From NCBI GenBank assembly GCA_964345775.1, contig CAYFSO010000001.1, forward strand, positions 11,488-75,487: a stretch of DNA of 64,000 bases. The letters run 5' to 3'. The stretch's first letter is position 1; each line of letters begins with the position of its first letter. The translations under genes and the position numbers were made by a program. The stretch comes from an uncultured Leptospiraceae bacterium (GTDB lineage Bacteria > Spirochaetota > UBA4802 > UB4802). Under the pieces are notes generated by a model. It saw nothing but the letters and a program-made list of their open reading frames with translations, had not been told where the DNA came from and did not search any database. Positions 10,161-19,757 of the stretch are shown in pieces.

Positions 10161-10409
10161 TTACAATCCCTCTTCATTCTGTTTCTATTCATATTATCAA
10201 TACTTTTGACCCGCATGTCAAAAAAAAGATTTCATTATTATTCATATTAATTGTATACTAAGTTGCAACAAAAAGTATACTTATATGTCTTAATATTATA
10301 GATAGAAATTTGAACTTTCATAAAAAAAGTTATCCATTGTTTTTTACAAAACCAGTGATATACTGGTAGTCTTACAACTACATTCATTTTTGATGGAAAA
10401 GTAAACACT

Positions 10410-11393
10410 ATGCCGGAAAAACCAGGGAACACATCAAACAGTAAAGGAACGAAGAAAGGGACAAGGGACAACACCAAAATGACTGGCAAACAGCTTACCA
10501 GGGAAGCAGGCCAGATCATAAAGTCCCGTAAAAGCAGAAGGAAGAAAACAGCCGGCGATGAATTCACCGATTCTTCAATTGCATGGTACCTTGAACAGAT
10601 AAATAAAATACCTCTTCTCACCCGGGAAGAGGAGGATCGTCTTGCGCGTGCGGCAAGGGCCGGTGATCAGAAAGCAAAAGATGAACTGATAAAGGCCAAC
10701 CTGCGTTTCGTTGTTTCTATCGCCAAGAAATACCAGACAAGCGGCATTTCCCTGCTTGACCTCATTAACGAGGGGAACATGGGGCTCATCAAGGCTGCAG
10801 AGAAGTTTGACCCCGACCGCGGTTACCATTTTATCTCCTATGCCGTATGGTGGATACGACAGGCCATCATACTGGCCATATCACAGAAAACCTCGCTGAT
10901 ACGGCTGCCCCTGAACAGGACTGCCGACATGCAGAAGATCGACAGGATACACAAGAACCTGGAAAACAAGCTGGGCAGGGAGCCCACACCGGGTGAGATA
11001 TCCGAGGAGATCGACATGGACAACGAGGAGATCAATCACCTGAGAAATATTTCGCAGGATTACGTTTCTCTTGACGCAACCGTGGGCAATTCCGAGGACA
11101 ATTCCATCCTCAACATGGTTGAGGATCAGAGGATGGAGTCTCCTGACAAAAGGATACTGGACGAGTCCCTTAAGGATGCACTCGACCAGGTGCTCGACAC
11201 ACTCACCTCGTCCGAAAGGGAGATACTCAAATTGCGGTTCGGCCTTGACGGTAATAAACCCATGTCACTGCAACAGATCGGCGAAAAATTTAACCTTTCC
11301 AAAGAAAGGATTAGACAGATAGAGAAAAAAGCCATACGAAGATTACGGCATCCGTCAAGAAGCCAGAAACTGAAGAGTTATCTACAGGATTGA
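10410..11393 (+). CDS. Sigma-70 family RNA polymerase sigma factor, similar to RpoD or group 2 sigma factors.
   Basis: Region 2: DLINEGNMGLIKAAEKFDPDRGYHFISYAVWWIRQAI. Region 4 HTH: SLQQIGEKFNLSKERIRQIEKKAIRRLRH. The N-terminus is lysine/arginine-rich and basic, with no acidic region 1.1. Length is 327 aa. Confidence 0.85.
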   Translation: MPEKPGNTSNSKGTKKGTRDNTKMTGKQLTREAGQIIKSRKSRRKKTAGDEFTDSSIAWYLEQINKIPLLTREEEDRLARAARAGDQKAKDELIKANLRFVVSIAKKYQTSGISLLDLINEGNMGLIKAAEKFDPDRGYHFISYAVWWIRQAIILAISQKTSLIRLPLNRTADMQKIDRIHKNLENKLGREPTPGEISEEIDMDNEEINHLRNISQDYVSLDATVGNSEDNSILNMVEDQRMESPDKRILDESLKDALDQVLDTLTSSEREILKLRFGLDGNKPMSLQQIGEKFNLSKERIRQIEKKAIRRLRHPSRSQKLKSYLQD

Positions 11394-11395
11394 TC

Positions 11396-12478
11396 ATGCG
11401 ATACTTTATCACAGGCCTTCTCCTGGGTATAGCCCTGGGTTTTGCCCCGTGGCTTATGCCCGATCACTCGTTCAAGCTATACCCGCAATGGCAGGGAGGC
11501 ATATCGGGGGCTTCATCAATAGAACATTCGCCATATGCCCCTGATTCAAATGTCCTCATTGGCCCCGTCGAAATTGAAAACGGCTATTACATGTTCAAAG
11601 AGAATGGAAAGCCTGCTGCCAGCCCCGGGACCGATGACCATCTCGTTTCCCCGTCCGGTGACGGGAAATATTATGTGCAATACGGGAAACTTTCAACGGA
11701 AATATCCTACTGCAATTACAGGGGAGAGCCTTTCTGGGCCATGTCAACAGGTAAATACCCGCACCTCTCGTACGGGGGAAAACTCATACTTCTGGTTACC
11801 GCTGACAACAGCTCTATCAGCCTTGTAGATTACAATGGCAACAGCACCGGCGCCGGGACCATCAGCGGGAGATTTTGCACCACCATTGGTTTTTCAAGAC
11901 CTGGAAATGCTGCCTCCCTGGGATTCATGGAAGGCTCGTATTATTTTTTGAACAATACCGGTGAGATTGTACACAAGGGGAGCACTCCCGAAAACTCCCT
12001 GGTCAAGACAACCGGTATCAGCGGCAACGCGCGATACGGCGCCGTACATGCGGGATTACCCGGTAAAGGCGGGGATACGCTATTCCTCCATGATATCGCC
12101 GATGAAGACTCATACATGGTGTCCCTTAAGGCAGAAAGCCTGGCAAGGGCCTCCATGACCATCAACAACAATGGTACTGGCGCCTTCCTGGGCATGTCGC
12201 ATGTGTACCTTGTAAACATCAAAAGGGAAACGCATGACGCCATAGAGATACCTGAAAGAAGGGAGGGACACAGTTCAATACAGTATTCTGACAGCCTGTA
12301 CATGATATCGTATACCGAAAAGAACGGCACATCCCGGTTCTATATTTTTCACGAGAACGGGAATGTCATCTTTACAAGGACATATCCGGACGAACCATTC
12401 CTTGATGTCATGGTGCGGGGACAGTCAATTCTTCTAAGAGGTTCTGATACGCTGTACTGCTATAGTTACCAGATCTAA
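11396..12478 (+). CDS. Hypothetical membrane-anchored extracytoplasmic protein.
   Basis: N-terminal TM segment YFITGLLLGIALGFAPWLM. The start abuts the sigma-factor stop (TGA at 11391-11393, ATG at 11396). No recognisable motif. The 3' end overlaps the convergent GT2 gene by about 70 nt. Confidence 0.5.
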   Translation: MRYFITGLLLGIALGFAPWLMPDHSFKLYPQWQGGISGASSIEHSPYAPDSNVLIGPVEIENGYYMFKENGKPAASPGTDDHLVSPSGDGKYYVQYGKLSTEISYCNYRGEPFWAMSTGKYPHLSYGGKLILLVTADNSSISLVDYNGNSTGAGTISGRFCTTIGFSRPGNAASLGFMEGSYYFLNNTGEIVHKGSTPENSLVKTTGISGNARYGAVHAGLPGKGGDTLFLHDIADEDSYMVSLKAESLARASMTINNNGTGAFLGMSHVYLVNIKRETHDAIEIPERREGHSSIQYSDSLYMISYTEKNGTSRFYIFHENGNVIFTRTYPDEPFLDVMVRGQSILLRGSDTLYCYSYQI

Positions 12479-13301
12479 GATCATCAACGATGTTCTCGAC
12501 AATTGACACAAGGTAATTGTTACCCCTTTTCCCGGCTCCATGTTGCAGTATGAACAGTTTTTCAAGCGCAACTTCCATGCTCATTTCAACATACTCTACT
12601 GGCATTACGCGGTGGCATGAATTAAGCAGTTTACATATGGCATATACCCTGAACCTGTCCATTGCCCGGTATTTTGATGAAAGCTGGTCATCATGCCCAC
12701 CGTTCCTGGTAACCAGGTATTGTGGTATATATCCAACAGCCTCTTTCCATGCAATACGCAGCCAGAGATCATAATCTTCACAGGCAGGAAGTTTTTCATC
12801 GAAAAGACCCGTTTCTTCAAGCAAATCCCGTTTCACAGCAACCGCGGAGGGGCTCACCAGGCAAAGATGAAGGGAATCAGGAAATATCCACCCTCCCCTT
12901 TTCGCGTGTTTTCTACGGGGATTCACCCGTTTGCCCTTCCTTATCCAGGTCTCGTCCACCTGGTGAATACGGCCGGCTTCGCCATGACTGTTGATATACC
13001 GATGATGTACAGTTAGTTTATGGGGCAGCCAGGTATCATCTGAATCCAGAAAGGTCAGCCAGGGTGACGCCGATTCAACTATACCCCTGTTGCGGGCAGC
13101 ACTCACCCCCGAATGCTCCTGTGGTATATATTTCAGCTTCCCGGCATACTCATGTTCAACGGATGGAGTTTCGTCAGTTGATCCGTCATCTATCACCAAC
13201 AGCTGGTAGTCAGTGTATGTCTGTGCCAGTACTGAATCTATGGCCTTTTTCAGTGATGCATACCTGTTATGAGTGGGTATTATAACAGAAAAAAACGGCA
13301 T
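12408..13301 (-). CDS. Glycosyltransferase family 2 protein.
   Basis: GT2 N-terminal signature FSVIIPTHNRYASLKKAIDSVLAQTYTDYQLLVIDDGSTDET. The ATG at 13301 has an AAGGA RBS and lies 4 nt after the MlaD stop. Confidence 0.85.
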   Translation of the reverse strand: MPFFSVIIPTHNRYASLKKAIDSVLAQTYTDYQLLVIDDGSTDETPSVEHEYAGKLKYIPQEHSGVSAARNRGIVESASPWLTFLDSDDTWLPHKLTVHHRYINSHGEAGRIHQVDETWIRKGKRVNPRRKHAKRGGWIFPDSLHLCLVSPSAVAVKRDLLEETGLFDEKLPACEDYDLWLRIAWKEAVGYIPQYLVTRNGGHDDQLSSKYRAMDRFRVYAICKLLNSCHRVMPVEYVEMSMEVALEKLFILQHGAGKRGNNYLVSIVENIVDDLRSGNYSSTAYQNLLEELTVPAP

Positions 13302-13305
13302 GGTA

Positions 13306-13995
13306 CTAATCCTTGTCACCTCTCATGAGAAATTTCAATGGATGCTTTTTCAGTTCTTGAGATATTTCATTCATGGTCTCCGCGGTCTCCCTGAAAGAAC
13401 TCATAATATCTATGATGTCCTTTTGTGAATCGGCAAGCACCACGCTGACAGTTTCCACGCTGCGGGAGAGATTTGCCAGCAGGGCCCGTATATTGCTCCT
13501 GCTGTCCAGTGAAATGTCTTGAATAACACCCACGGTACTGGTGACCGTTGCCAGGAGTTCATGCACGTCTTGAAGGATTGCCTCCAGGTTCACGTATTCA
13601 ATACCCTCTATCACCGCGTATTCCTTTATTAACTGGTGCTTGGTTTCCGGGTTTCTCAATTCGATAACTGTATCACCAATAATATTCTGGTTCTGTATAA
13701 CGGCAGTACAATCCTCGTAGATGGCAATCTCGTTTTTTACCCTCATTACTGCAAGAAAGTGTAGTGCCGGCTTATAGACAGGAATGATCTCTACGATCCT
13801 TCCTATGGTATATCCTTTAACCTTTACCTGTGTGCCATTCTTTAGCGACGAGATGCTTTCTACCTTCAGATAAATATCCTTTGTAGAGGAGGCAAAGGAA
13901 TATCCAAGTTTCAACACCACAAAAATCAGCAATACGATTACAGGCAAAAGGATAAAAACTGCCACTTTTACCTCGTTTTTTTCAAGCTTTACCAT
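13306..13995 (-). CDS. mlaD: MCE-domain protein of the MlaD family.
   Basis: N-terminal TM anchor followed by an MCE domain (GTQVKVKGYTIGRIVEI...IIGDTVIEL). An AGGAGG RBS is present. Confidence 0.8.
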   Translation of the reverse strand: MVKLEKNEVKVAVFILLPVIVLLIFVVLKLGYSFASSTKDIYLKVESISSLKNGTQVKVKGYTIGRIVEIIPVYKPALHFLAVMRVKNEIAIYEDCTAVIQNQNIIGDTVIELRNPETKHQLIKEYAVIEGIEYVNLEAILQDVHELLATVTSTVGVIQDISLDSRSNIRALLANLSRSVETVSVVLADSQKDIIDIMSSFRETAETMNEISQELKKHPLKFLMRGDKD

Positions 13996-14009
13996 GATGC
14001 TTCCTCCTT

Positions 14010-14786
14010 TTACAGCGTGTGCATGGGGCCATCAATTGATGAATTCATGTACTGTGAAACGTATGGATTTTCGGCATGGGAAAACTCATCCCCGCTGCCA
14101 TCAAATACCACCTTTCCCCGGTACAGCATGACGAACCGTTCGGCGATATCAATATATAATTCAGGCCTGTAGGTAACAATGATCACAGACTTTCTCGGTG
14201 CAAAAGCCCTGTTCTGCACTGCGGATAAAAATACCTGCGTGTTCATTATACACTGTCCTTCAAGTGGGTGTTCAATGAGCAGCAGGTTTGGGTTCATGGC
14301 AATAGAACGACCATACGCTGTACGCAGCAACTGGGATGCCGTAAGATATACTGGCCGTTTTTCCCTGCAATTTTCCAGTCTCAGGTATTCAACCATGGAT
14401 TCGACCACTAAATCCACTTCGCTGGATGTGAAACTGGAATGGTAACGCAGGGGCAGCGCGATATTCTCAAACACGCTCATGTTATTGATCAGGCCGAAAT
14501 TCCTCTGAAGGTATCCAAATCCCTTGCGGAAGTTATGCACCTCAATACCGTCAAACTCTTTGATCGGCCTGCCGCCAAAATACACGTTCCCTTCAAATTC
14601 TCCCGCGGCATTCACGATCAAAGGGCAGATATGATCAATGCCGGAGTGTTCCGGTCCAAAAAAAACAATGTCTTCTCCCAGGCAGATCGACAATGAAAGG
14701 TCATCAATCCGCGTTACACCATCCACCTGGAAGGATACATTCTCAAACCGTACTATCTCATTCCCTGTTGAACATACCGTTTCCAT
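14010..14786 (-). CDS. MlaF-like ABC ATPase homolog in which every catalytic motif is degenerate (putative pseudo-ATPase).
   Basis: The ABC ATPase fold is recognisable from its position in the operon, its length, and the Q-loop/D-loop context. Walker A reads FGPEHSGIDHI and lacks the conserved Lys, where GPSGSGKST is expected. The signature motif reads LTASQ instead of LSGGx. Walker B reads LLLIEHP instead of hhhhDEP. The H-loop reads IVTYRP with no His. The ORF is intact and carries an AAGGA RBS. Confidence 0.7.
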   Translation of the reverse strand: METVCSTGNEIVRFENVSFQVDGVTRIDDLSLSICLGEDIVFFGPEHSGIDHICPLIVNAAGEFEGNVYFGGRPIKEFDGIEVHNFRKGFGYLQRNFGLINNMSVFENIALPLRYHSSFTSSEVDLVVESMVEYLRLENCREKRPVYLTASQLLRTAYGRSIAMNPNLLLIEHPLEGQCIMNTQVFLSAVQNRAFAPRKSVIIVTYRPELYIDIAERFVMLYRGKVVFDGSGDEFSHAENPYVSQYMNSSIDGPMHTL

Positions 14787-14795
14787 AATAGTCCT

Positions 14796-15692
14796 TTAGA
14801 AATAAAATAACGCAGAGATCATGGCGTTTATAACAAATATCACCAGCAGTGTACGTACAACCGCGTGTGAAACGAAAATTGGTATCTCGAATGTGGATCG
14901 CGGCTTTAATCCGTAATAACAGCATATAAGGGGGATCAATATACCGTATATAAGACTTTTCAATATAGTTATGAACAGGTCATTAAAACTGAAGGCATCA
15001 AGCAGCGTCTGAACAAATACTCCCATTGGAATATACACGGTGGAAATAGATATCAGGTACCCCCCGAAAAAGGCAACAATATCGAATATTATTATAAGGG
15101 AAAATATTGCAATAATAGAGGCGATGATCCGCGGTAAAATTATATAAAGCTTGGTATCTATACCCATCAATTCAAGAGACAGAATTTCGCTGTTCTGTTT
15201 CTGTGTGGCAATTTCAGCGGCAATGGCCGAACCAGACCTGCTTACCACGATCATGGCGGTAACCAGTGGACCCAGTTCGCGGGCAATGATGATCACCAGG
15301 AGGTTACCTATAAAACTCTCTATACCAAATTTTGGAAAATTAGTATGTGCCTGTATAATAACTGTTCCACCCAGCATCAGGGCTATTATAACCAGCAATG
15401 GCAGTGCATCGAGCCCTGTAAACCGTGTCTGGTTCACCACTATGGTGTACAGTGACCTGAAACGGAGGTACCGTATAGACTTGAATGATGTTACAATACT
15501 GACAACATAATCAAGAAAGGCCCGTATACCGTCGCGGGTACGCAGAATCCGCTGTATAATATTCTTTACGAAACGGGGAACATTTATTGAAATGTGCACG
15601 TGAAGCGCTCCATAGAATACGGGATAACTCATGAAAAACATGACCCCTTGATCACAGGGACAACAGTATACGCATTTCATTAGAAAGCGCAA
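14796..15692 (-). CDS. mlaE: MlaE-family ABC transporter permease.
   Basis: Conserved MlaE core ARELGPLVTAMIVVSRSGSAIAAEIATQKQNSEILSLELMGID and multiple TM segments. The true start may be an internal Met. Confidence 0.8.
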   Translation of the reverse strand: MRFLMKCVYCCPCDQGVMFFMSYPVFYGALHVHISINVPRFVKNIIQRILRTRDGIRAFLDYVVSIVTSFKSIRYLRFRSLYTIVVNQTRFTGLDALPLLVIIALMLGGTVIIQAHTNFPKFGIESFIGNLLVIIIARELGPLVTAMIVVSRSGSAIAAEIATQKQNSEILSLELMGIDTKLYIILPRIIASIIAIFSLIIIFDIVAFFGGYLISISTVYIPMGVFVQTLLDAFSFNDLFITILKSLIYGILIPLICCYYGLKPRSTFEIPIFVSHAVVRTLLVIFVINAMISALFYF

Positions 15693-15817
15693 TAATATTT
15701 CTCAATTTGATTCTATTTCATGATGATTGCTGACGATAGGTATACTATGACAGAAAATGAAACTATTTACATCACGTGAAAATAAAATAATTGAAAAGAT
15801 GCACCCCCTGGTTATAA

Positions 15818-17344
15818 GTGATATTTGATTATAATGGAATTGTTGATATGACAACTGGCAAAATTACAACGGGCATAATAATACTGTTACTGGTTCTTGT
15901 TGCTTTTCTGGGTATACTTAAAAAAGAACTGGTTATTTATACCGTGGACACCTGCAGGGGATACGTCCTTGGGCTTATATCGGACATGGAAAACCGTGAC
16001 AGGTTCACCATCGTGTATCCATCCCTGGAAAAGGAGTACGTACGCCCGTACGCGGGGAAAACGGAAAGGATATATCACTCCGGGCAAATGCTGTTCTACC
16101 GCACAGACTCACGTGAATCTCTCAGGGCTATATCAAAAAGACTTCTCGGGTACACCCATTATTACCGGAGTTACAACCTGGAAAAGGCCATCATGGAAGC
16201 CAATGCCCTTAATTCAAAGACAGTTGATCCGAATGTTATTCTTTTCATTCCATATTCGCTTTCAGCAGCCATACTGGACATGAAAAAGACCAGCATGCCT
16301 GATATTCCCCCGGTACGGGGCCTGTACTTTACGGGCAACAGCCTTGGCAACTATAATTTCATAAAATCACTCAAAGAACTGCGGAAACAGGGGATCAACA
16401 CCATCGTGTTCGACGCAAAAGATATCCCCGGCATTATAAGTTACCTGAGCCATGTGCCCGCCGTACAGGAGCTTAATACACACGGGAAAAGGACAGTGGA
16501 CGATATAGCCTCACTTATTCGTATCTTCAAGTCCCTGGATTATTACGTGATAGCCCGCCTGGCGGTATTTCACGACCACCTGCTGGTTAAAAAGAAACCT
16601 GAATACGGCATACAGTCCAGGACAACAGGCCGTGTATGGAACGAGGGATCAAAAGAATTATGGTGCGACCCCACGAACAAGTACGTACAGGATTACAACA
16701 TAGCTATTGCCCTGGAACTTGCCCATTATGGTGTAGACGAGATCCAGTTCGATTATATCAGGTTCCCAACCACGGGAAATCTCCATGACGCAAATTATGC
16801 CTGGCATTTTGGAAAAATGCAAAAGGAAGAGGTAATAGCGCATTTTCTGAAAAGGGCAAGCAGTGAGATACATGCAACCAATACCCGTGTCTCGATCGAC
16901 ATTTTCGGTGTGGTGGCATGGGGAAAAAGCGTAGACATCAGGAAAACCGGTCAAAAGGTTGAGCTGCTGGCCAGGTACTGCGATGTCATTTCCCCCATGT
17001 TGTACCCGTCCCATTTTAACGATGATTTTGACGGCTTCAGCAAGCCCGGCGACAACCCGTATTACTTTATTTACCAGGGATGCAAGCGGGTGAAAAAACT
17101 TGCGGGAGGCACCCGCGTAAGACCATGGCTGCAGGCTTTCAAATGGAGAGTCAGCAATTACAACGAGGAATATATATTGCAGCAGGTAAAGGCAAGCCAC
17201 GATGCGGGGGCAGAGGGGTACCTCTTCTGGAACGCGGGAAATAATTACGGCACCGTTATTAAAGCCATGGCATCGCTGAAAATACAAGATAACGATAAAA
17301 ATACCGCGAATATCACCCGCCGGCACAGCTTCTCTCAGCGCTGA
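15818..17344 (+). CDS. Putative glycoside-hydrolase-like TIM-barrel protein (GHL10/DUF4015-like) with an N-terminal membrane anchor.
   Basis: N-terminal TM segment TGIIILLLVLVAFLGIL. The motifs WCDPTN...YGVDEIQFDYIRFP and EGYLFWNAGNNY resemble the YngK/GHL10-type hydrolase core. The start is either GTG 15818 or ATG 15848. Confidence 0.55.
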   Translation: MIFDYNGIVDMTTGKITTGIIILLLVLVAFLGILKKELVIYTVDTCRGYVLGLISDMENRDRFTIVYPSLEKEYVRPYAGKTERIYHSGQMLFYRTDSRESLRAISKRLLGYTHYYRSYNLEKAIMEANALNSKTVDPNVILFIPYSLSAAILDMKKTSMPDIPPVRGLYFTGNSLGNYNFIKSLKELRKQGINTIVFDAKDIPGIISYLSHVPAVQELNTHGKRTVDDIASLIRIFKSLDYYVIARLAVFHDHLLVKKKPEYGIQSRTTGRVWNEGSKELWCDPTNKYVQDYNIAIALELAHYGVDEIQFDYIRFPTTGNLHDANYAWHFGKMQKEEVIAHFLKRASSEIHATNTRVSIDIFGVVAWGKSVDIRKTGQKVELLARYCDVISPMLYPSHFNDDFDGFSKPGDNPYYFIYQGCKRVKKLAGGTRVRPWLQAFKWRVSNYNEEYILQQVKASHDAGAEGYLFWNAGNNYGTVIKAMASLKIQDNDKNTANITRRHSFSQR

Positions 17345-17374
17345 TACCGTGCGTGAAAAAACAGGAGCATTGCT

Positions 17375-18184
17375 TTGATTGTACGTGACAGGGATTTTTT
17401 CAATGAATACGTGAAGGTGTGGGACGAGGGAGCCGTCAAGGATGCACCCTTTATTACCCTGGGCGTAGAGGCCATATTAAAAGACTACTACGGGAACCTC
17501 CTGGATGCCCCCCCGCCCTTTCCCATAGAAAAAAACGAAAAAATACTGGACCTGGGGTGTGGATGGGGCCGGGTGCTGAAACCGGTTCTTGACCTGCAGG
17601 GTGATGCGGTGGGCCTTGACATATCCCATAACATGCTGGGGCTGTCCAAAAAGCATCTTGAAAAAAACGGGTACCAGACTCCCCTTCTTCAGGGGGACGG
17701 GACACGCCTGCCATTCAGGGACAACACCTTTGACAAGGTGTACTCACTGCTGGTGCTGCAGCATCTTTCAAAGGAAAACGGTAAAGCCGTATTCGAAGAA
17801 ATACAAAGGATACTTAAGGCCGGGGGAACCGCGTATATCCGTGTACCCGGCAGGTTCGCGCCCGAAAACCTTCTATTCAGCTTTCTGCAGTTTTTCAGCA
17901 TTCACCTTTTCAGGGTAAAGGATCCAATACGGATGCGTTTTTACAGGGTGGGGGAAGCGAAAAAGATCACTGAAAAGCTGTTTTCTGATGTTGAGATCAC
18001 GGCCCATGAATTCAGGCCCCCCTGGAATTTTCACACAAGGTGGACCTGGCAATACATACTTGTACCCCGGTTCATGCATGCCAGGCTGCGGAAGATCTCT
18101 GACTGGTTCGAGAAGAAAGCCAACGGCAGGGTTCCCTTTCTGAAACATTTCGGTATTGTACTGATGGTACGGGTAACGAAGTAG
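17375..18184 (+). CDS. Class I SAM-dependent methyltransferase.
   Basis: Motif I is ILDLGCGWGRVL, the post-I motif is GLDIS and motif II is FDKVYSLLVLQHL. The start is non-ATG (TTG), after an AGGAG RBS. Confidence 0.75.
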   Translation: MIVRDRDFFNEYVKVWDEGAVKDAPFITLGVEAILKDYYGNLLDAPPPFPIEKNEKILDLGCGWGRVLKPVLDLQGDAVGLDISHNMLGLSKKHLEKNGYQTPLLQGDGTRLPFRDNTFDKVYSLLVLQHLSKENGKAVFEEIQRILKAGGTAYIRVPGRFAPENLLFSFLQFFSIHLFRVKDPIRMRFYRVGEAKKITEKLFSDVEITAHEFRPPWNFHTRWTWQYILVPRFMHARLRKISDWFEKKANGRVPFLKHFGIVLMVRVTK

Positions 18185-18191
18185 CCCGGTT

Positions 18192-19757
18192 TTATTCCCA
18201 GCGGATAGTTGTTCCTTTATTGTCCCTGTGAACCTGGAGACACTCAAGGCTCACAAGACGTTCCAGTTCCCTGTGTACTTCGCCATTACAGCCGGAAAGA
18301 TTATCCGAAATATGCTTTTCCAGGAGGCCCATCACCGCTGCATCAGGTGCACCATTGGTCATACCGCTGAATTGTTCCACCAGGCGATTCATAATAATAT
18401 CCCGGGTGATCTCAAACGAACGTATGTTCTGATATAATGTTCTATCTGCCTCTGACAGTTTTTCACCCTTTTCAAACTTGACCTGTATGGTACGTATACA
18501 GTGGACAATACTGTCATTAAAACCGTTTACGATGTTGTCAATCTCCCTGTGTGAGATAAACCCTGTATCAGATACTGACCTGTTGGCATCATACTGATCC
18601 CAGTCATCGGTAAGGATGCGAAGCCCGTATTCATCCTTCTTATCCCGAACCTCAGTACCGGGAAACGGTGCCAGGATATGATAACCGTAATTGGGGCTGA
18701 GATTGCTGGCAAATTCCATGGTTTTTTTTATCGTACCAGGTGTCTCACCCGGAAGTCCCAGGATGTACGAGGTCATGGGATCTATGCCAACCTCGTTGCA
18801 GAGGTCAACCGCCTGCTGGCATTTTTCCAGTGTAATTTTCTTTTTTACCCTATCCAGTATCTCCTGGTTGCCACTTTCAATACCAAAACAGAGCGTTGTA
18901 CACCCTGCTTCCTTGAGGTTTTCCAGCAATTCACGGTTTACCGTATCTACACGGGCAAAGGCCGTCCAGGGATGATCAATCCCCCTGTCAATTATCTCAC
19001 GGCAGATGGCAATGCAGCGTTTTTTGTGGGACGTGAAAAGGTCGTCTACCACGTTGATCTGCCTGAATTTGAGTTTCGACAGCATCTCGAACTCATCCAC
19101 CACGCGTTTCACATCAAAATACCGCACCCTGCGTCCCACCATTTTACTTCCCACGCAGAATATACACGAAAAGGGACACCCCCGTGATGTCATCAGGTTC
19201 ACAGGAAACCCCAGTGCCCGGTACTTACTCAATTCTACCAGGTGTCGCGCCGGGAAAGGCAGTATGTTAATATCTTCTATAAACGCCCTTCGGGGATTGT
19301 GATGGATCTTACCATTACGCCTGTATGAAATTCCCTTTACGCGTTCAAGCCGTGACGGTGAAGCAAGGTTTTCAAGAAGATCCACAAATGTAAGTTCACC
19401 CTCACCTCGAACAATATAATCGATCCAGCTGTTATCACGCAAAATTGCAGTAGCATCAAAGGTGACGTGCGGACCACCCATGACGGTGACTATACCGGGC
19501 GCACAATCCCTGTAATCCCTGAGAATTGCAAGGCTGCGATTTATATTCATGGTTACGCCGGTGCCGCCAACAACATCCGGTTTAAACGTGTTCACCACTT
19601 CTTGTACACGTTCTTTTGAATACGGTGTAACTATATAGTCCTCTATCCTGACCGTTGCACCCTGCTCAACAAGGTAGGCGGCCAGGGTCATAAGACCAAA
19701 TGGGGGTGACGGTGACTCCTCGAAAGGATAGGGAGGGTTAATTAACAGCACCTTCAT
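18192..19757 (-). CDS. B12-binding-domain radical SAM protein.
   Basis: N-terminal cobalamin-binding-like domain (MKVLLINPPYPF...). Radical SAM CxxxCxxC motif: RGCPFSCIFC. A C-terminal extension of about 200 aa has unknown function. The start was chosen at the ATG with a GGAG RBS; the ORF track extends to 19856. Confidence 0.8.
   Translation of the reverse strand: MKVLLINPPYPFEESPSPPFGLMTLAAYLVEQGATVRIEDYIVTPYSKERVQEVVNTFKPDVVGGTGVTMNINRSLAILRDYRDCAPGIVTVMGGPHVTFDATAILRDNSWIDYIVRGEGELTFVDLLENLASPSRLERVKGISYRRNGKIHHNPRRAFIEDINILPFPARHLVELSKYRALGFPVNLMTSRGCPFSCIFCVGSKMVGRRVRYFDVKRVVDEFEMLSKLKFRQINVVDDLFTSHKKRCIAICREIIDRGIDHPWTAFARVDTVNRELLENLKEAGCTTLCFGIESGNQEILDRVKKKITLEKCQQAVDLCNEVGIDPMTSYILGLPGETPGTIKKTMEFASNLSPNYGYHILAPFPGTEVRDKKDEYGLRILTDDWDQYDANRSVSDTGFISHREIDNIVNGFNDSIVHCIRTIQVKFEKGEKLSEADRTLYQNIRSFEITRDIIMNRLVEQFSGMTNGAPDAAVMGLLEKHISDNLSGCNGEVHRELERLVSLECLQVHRDNKGTTIRWE

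Noticed and set aside
16658-17326. A 222-aa ORF on the minus strand.
   Set aside because: It is antisense to the GHL-type hydrolase-like gene and has no RBS or motif.
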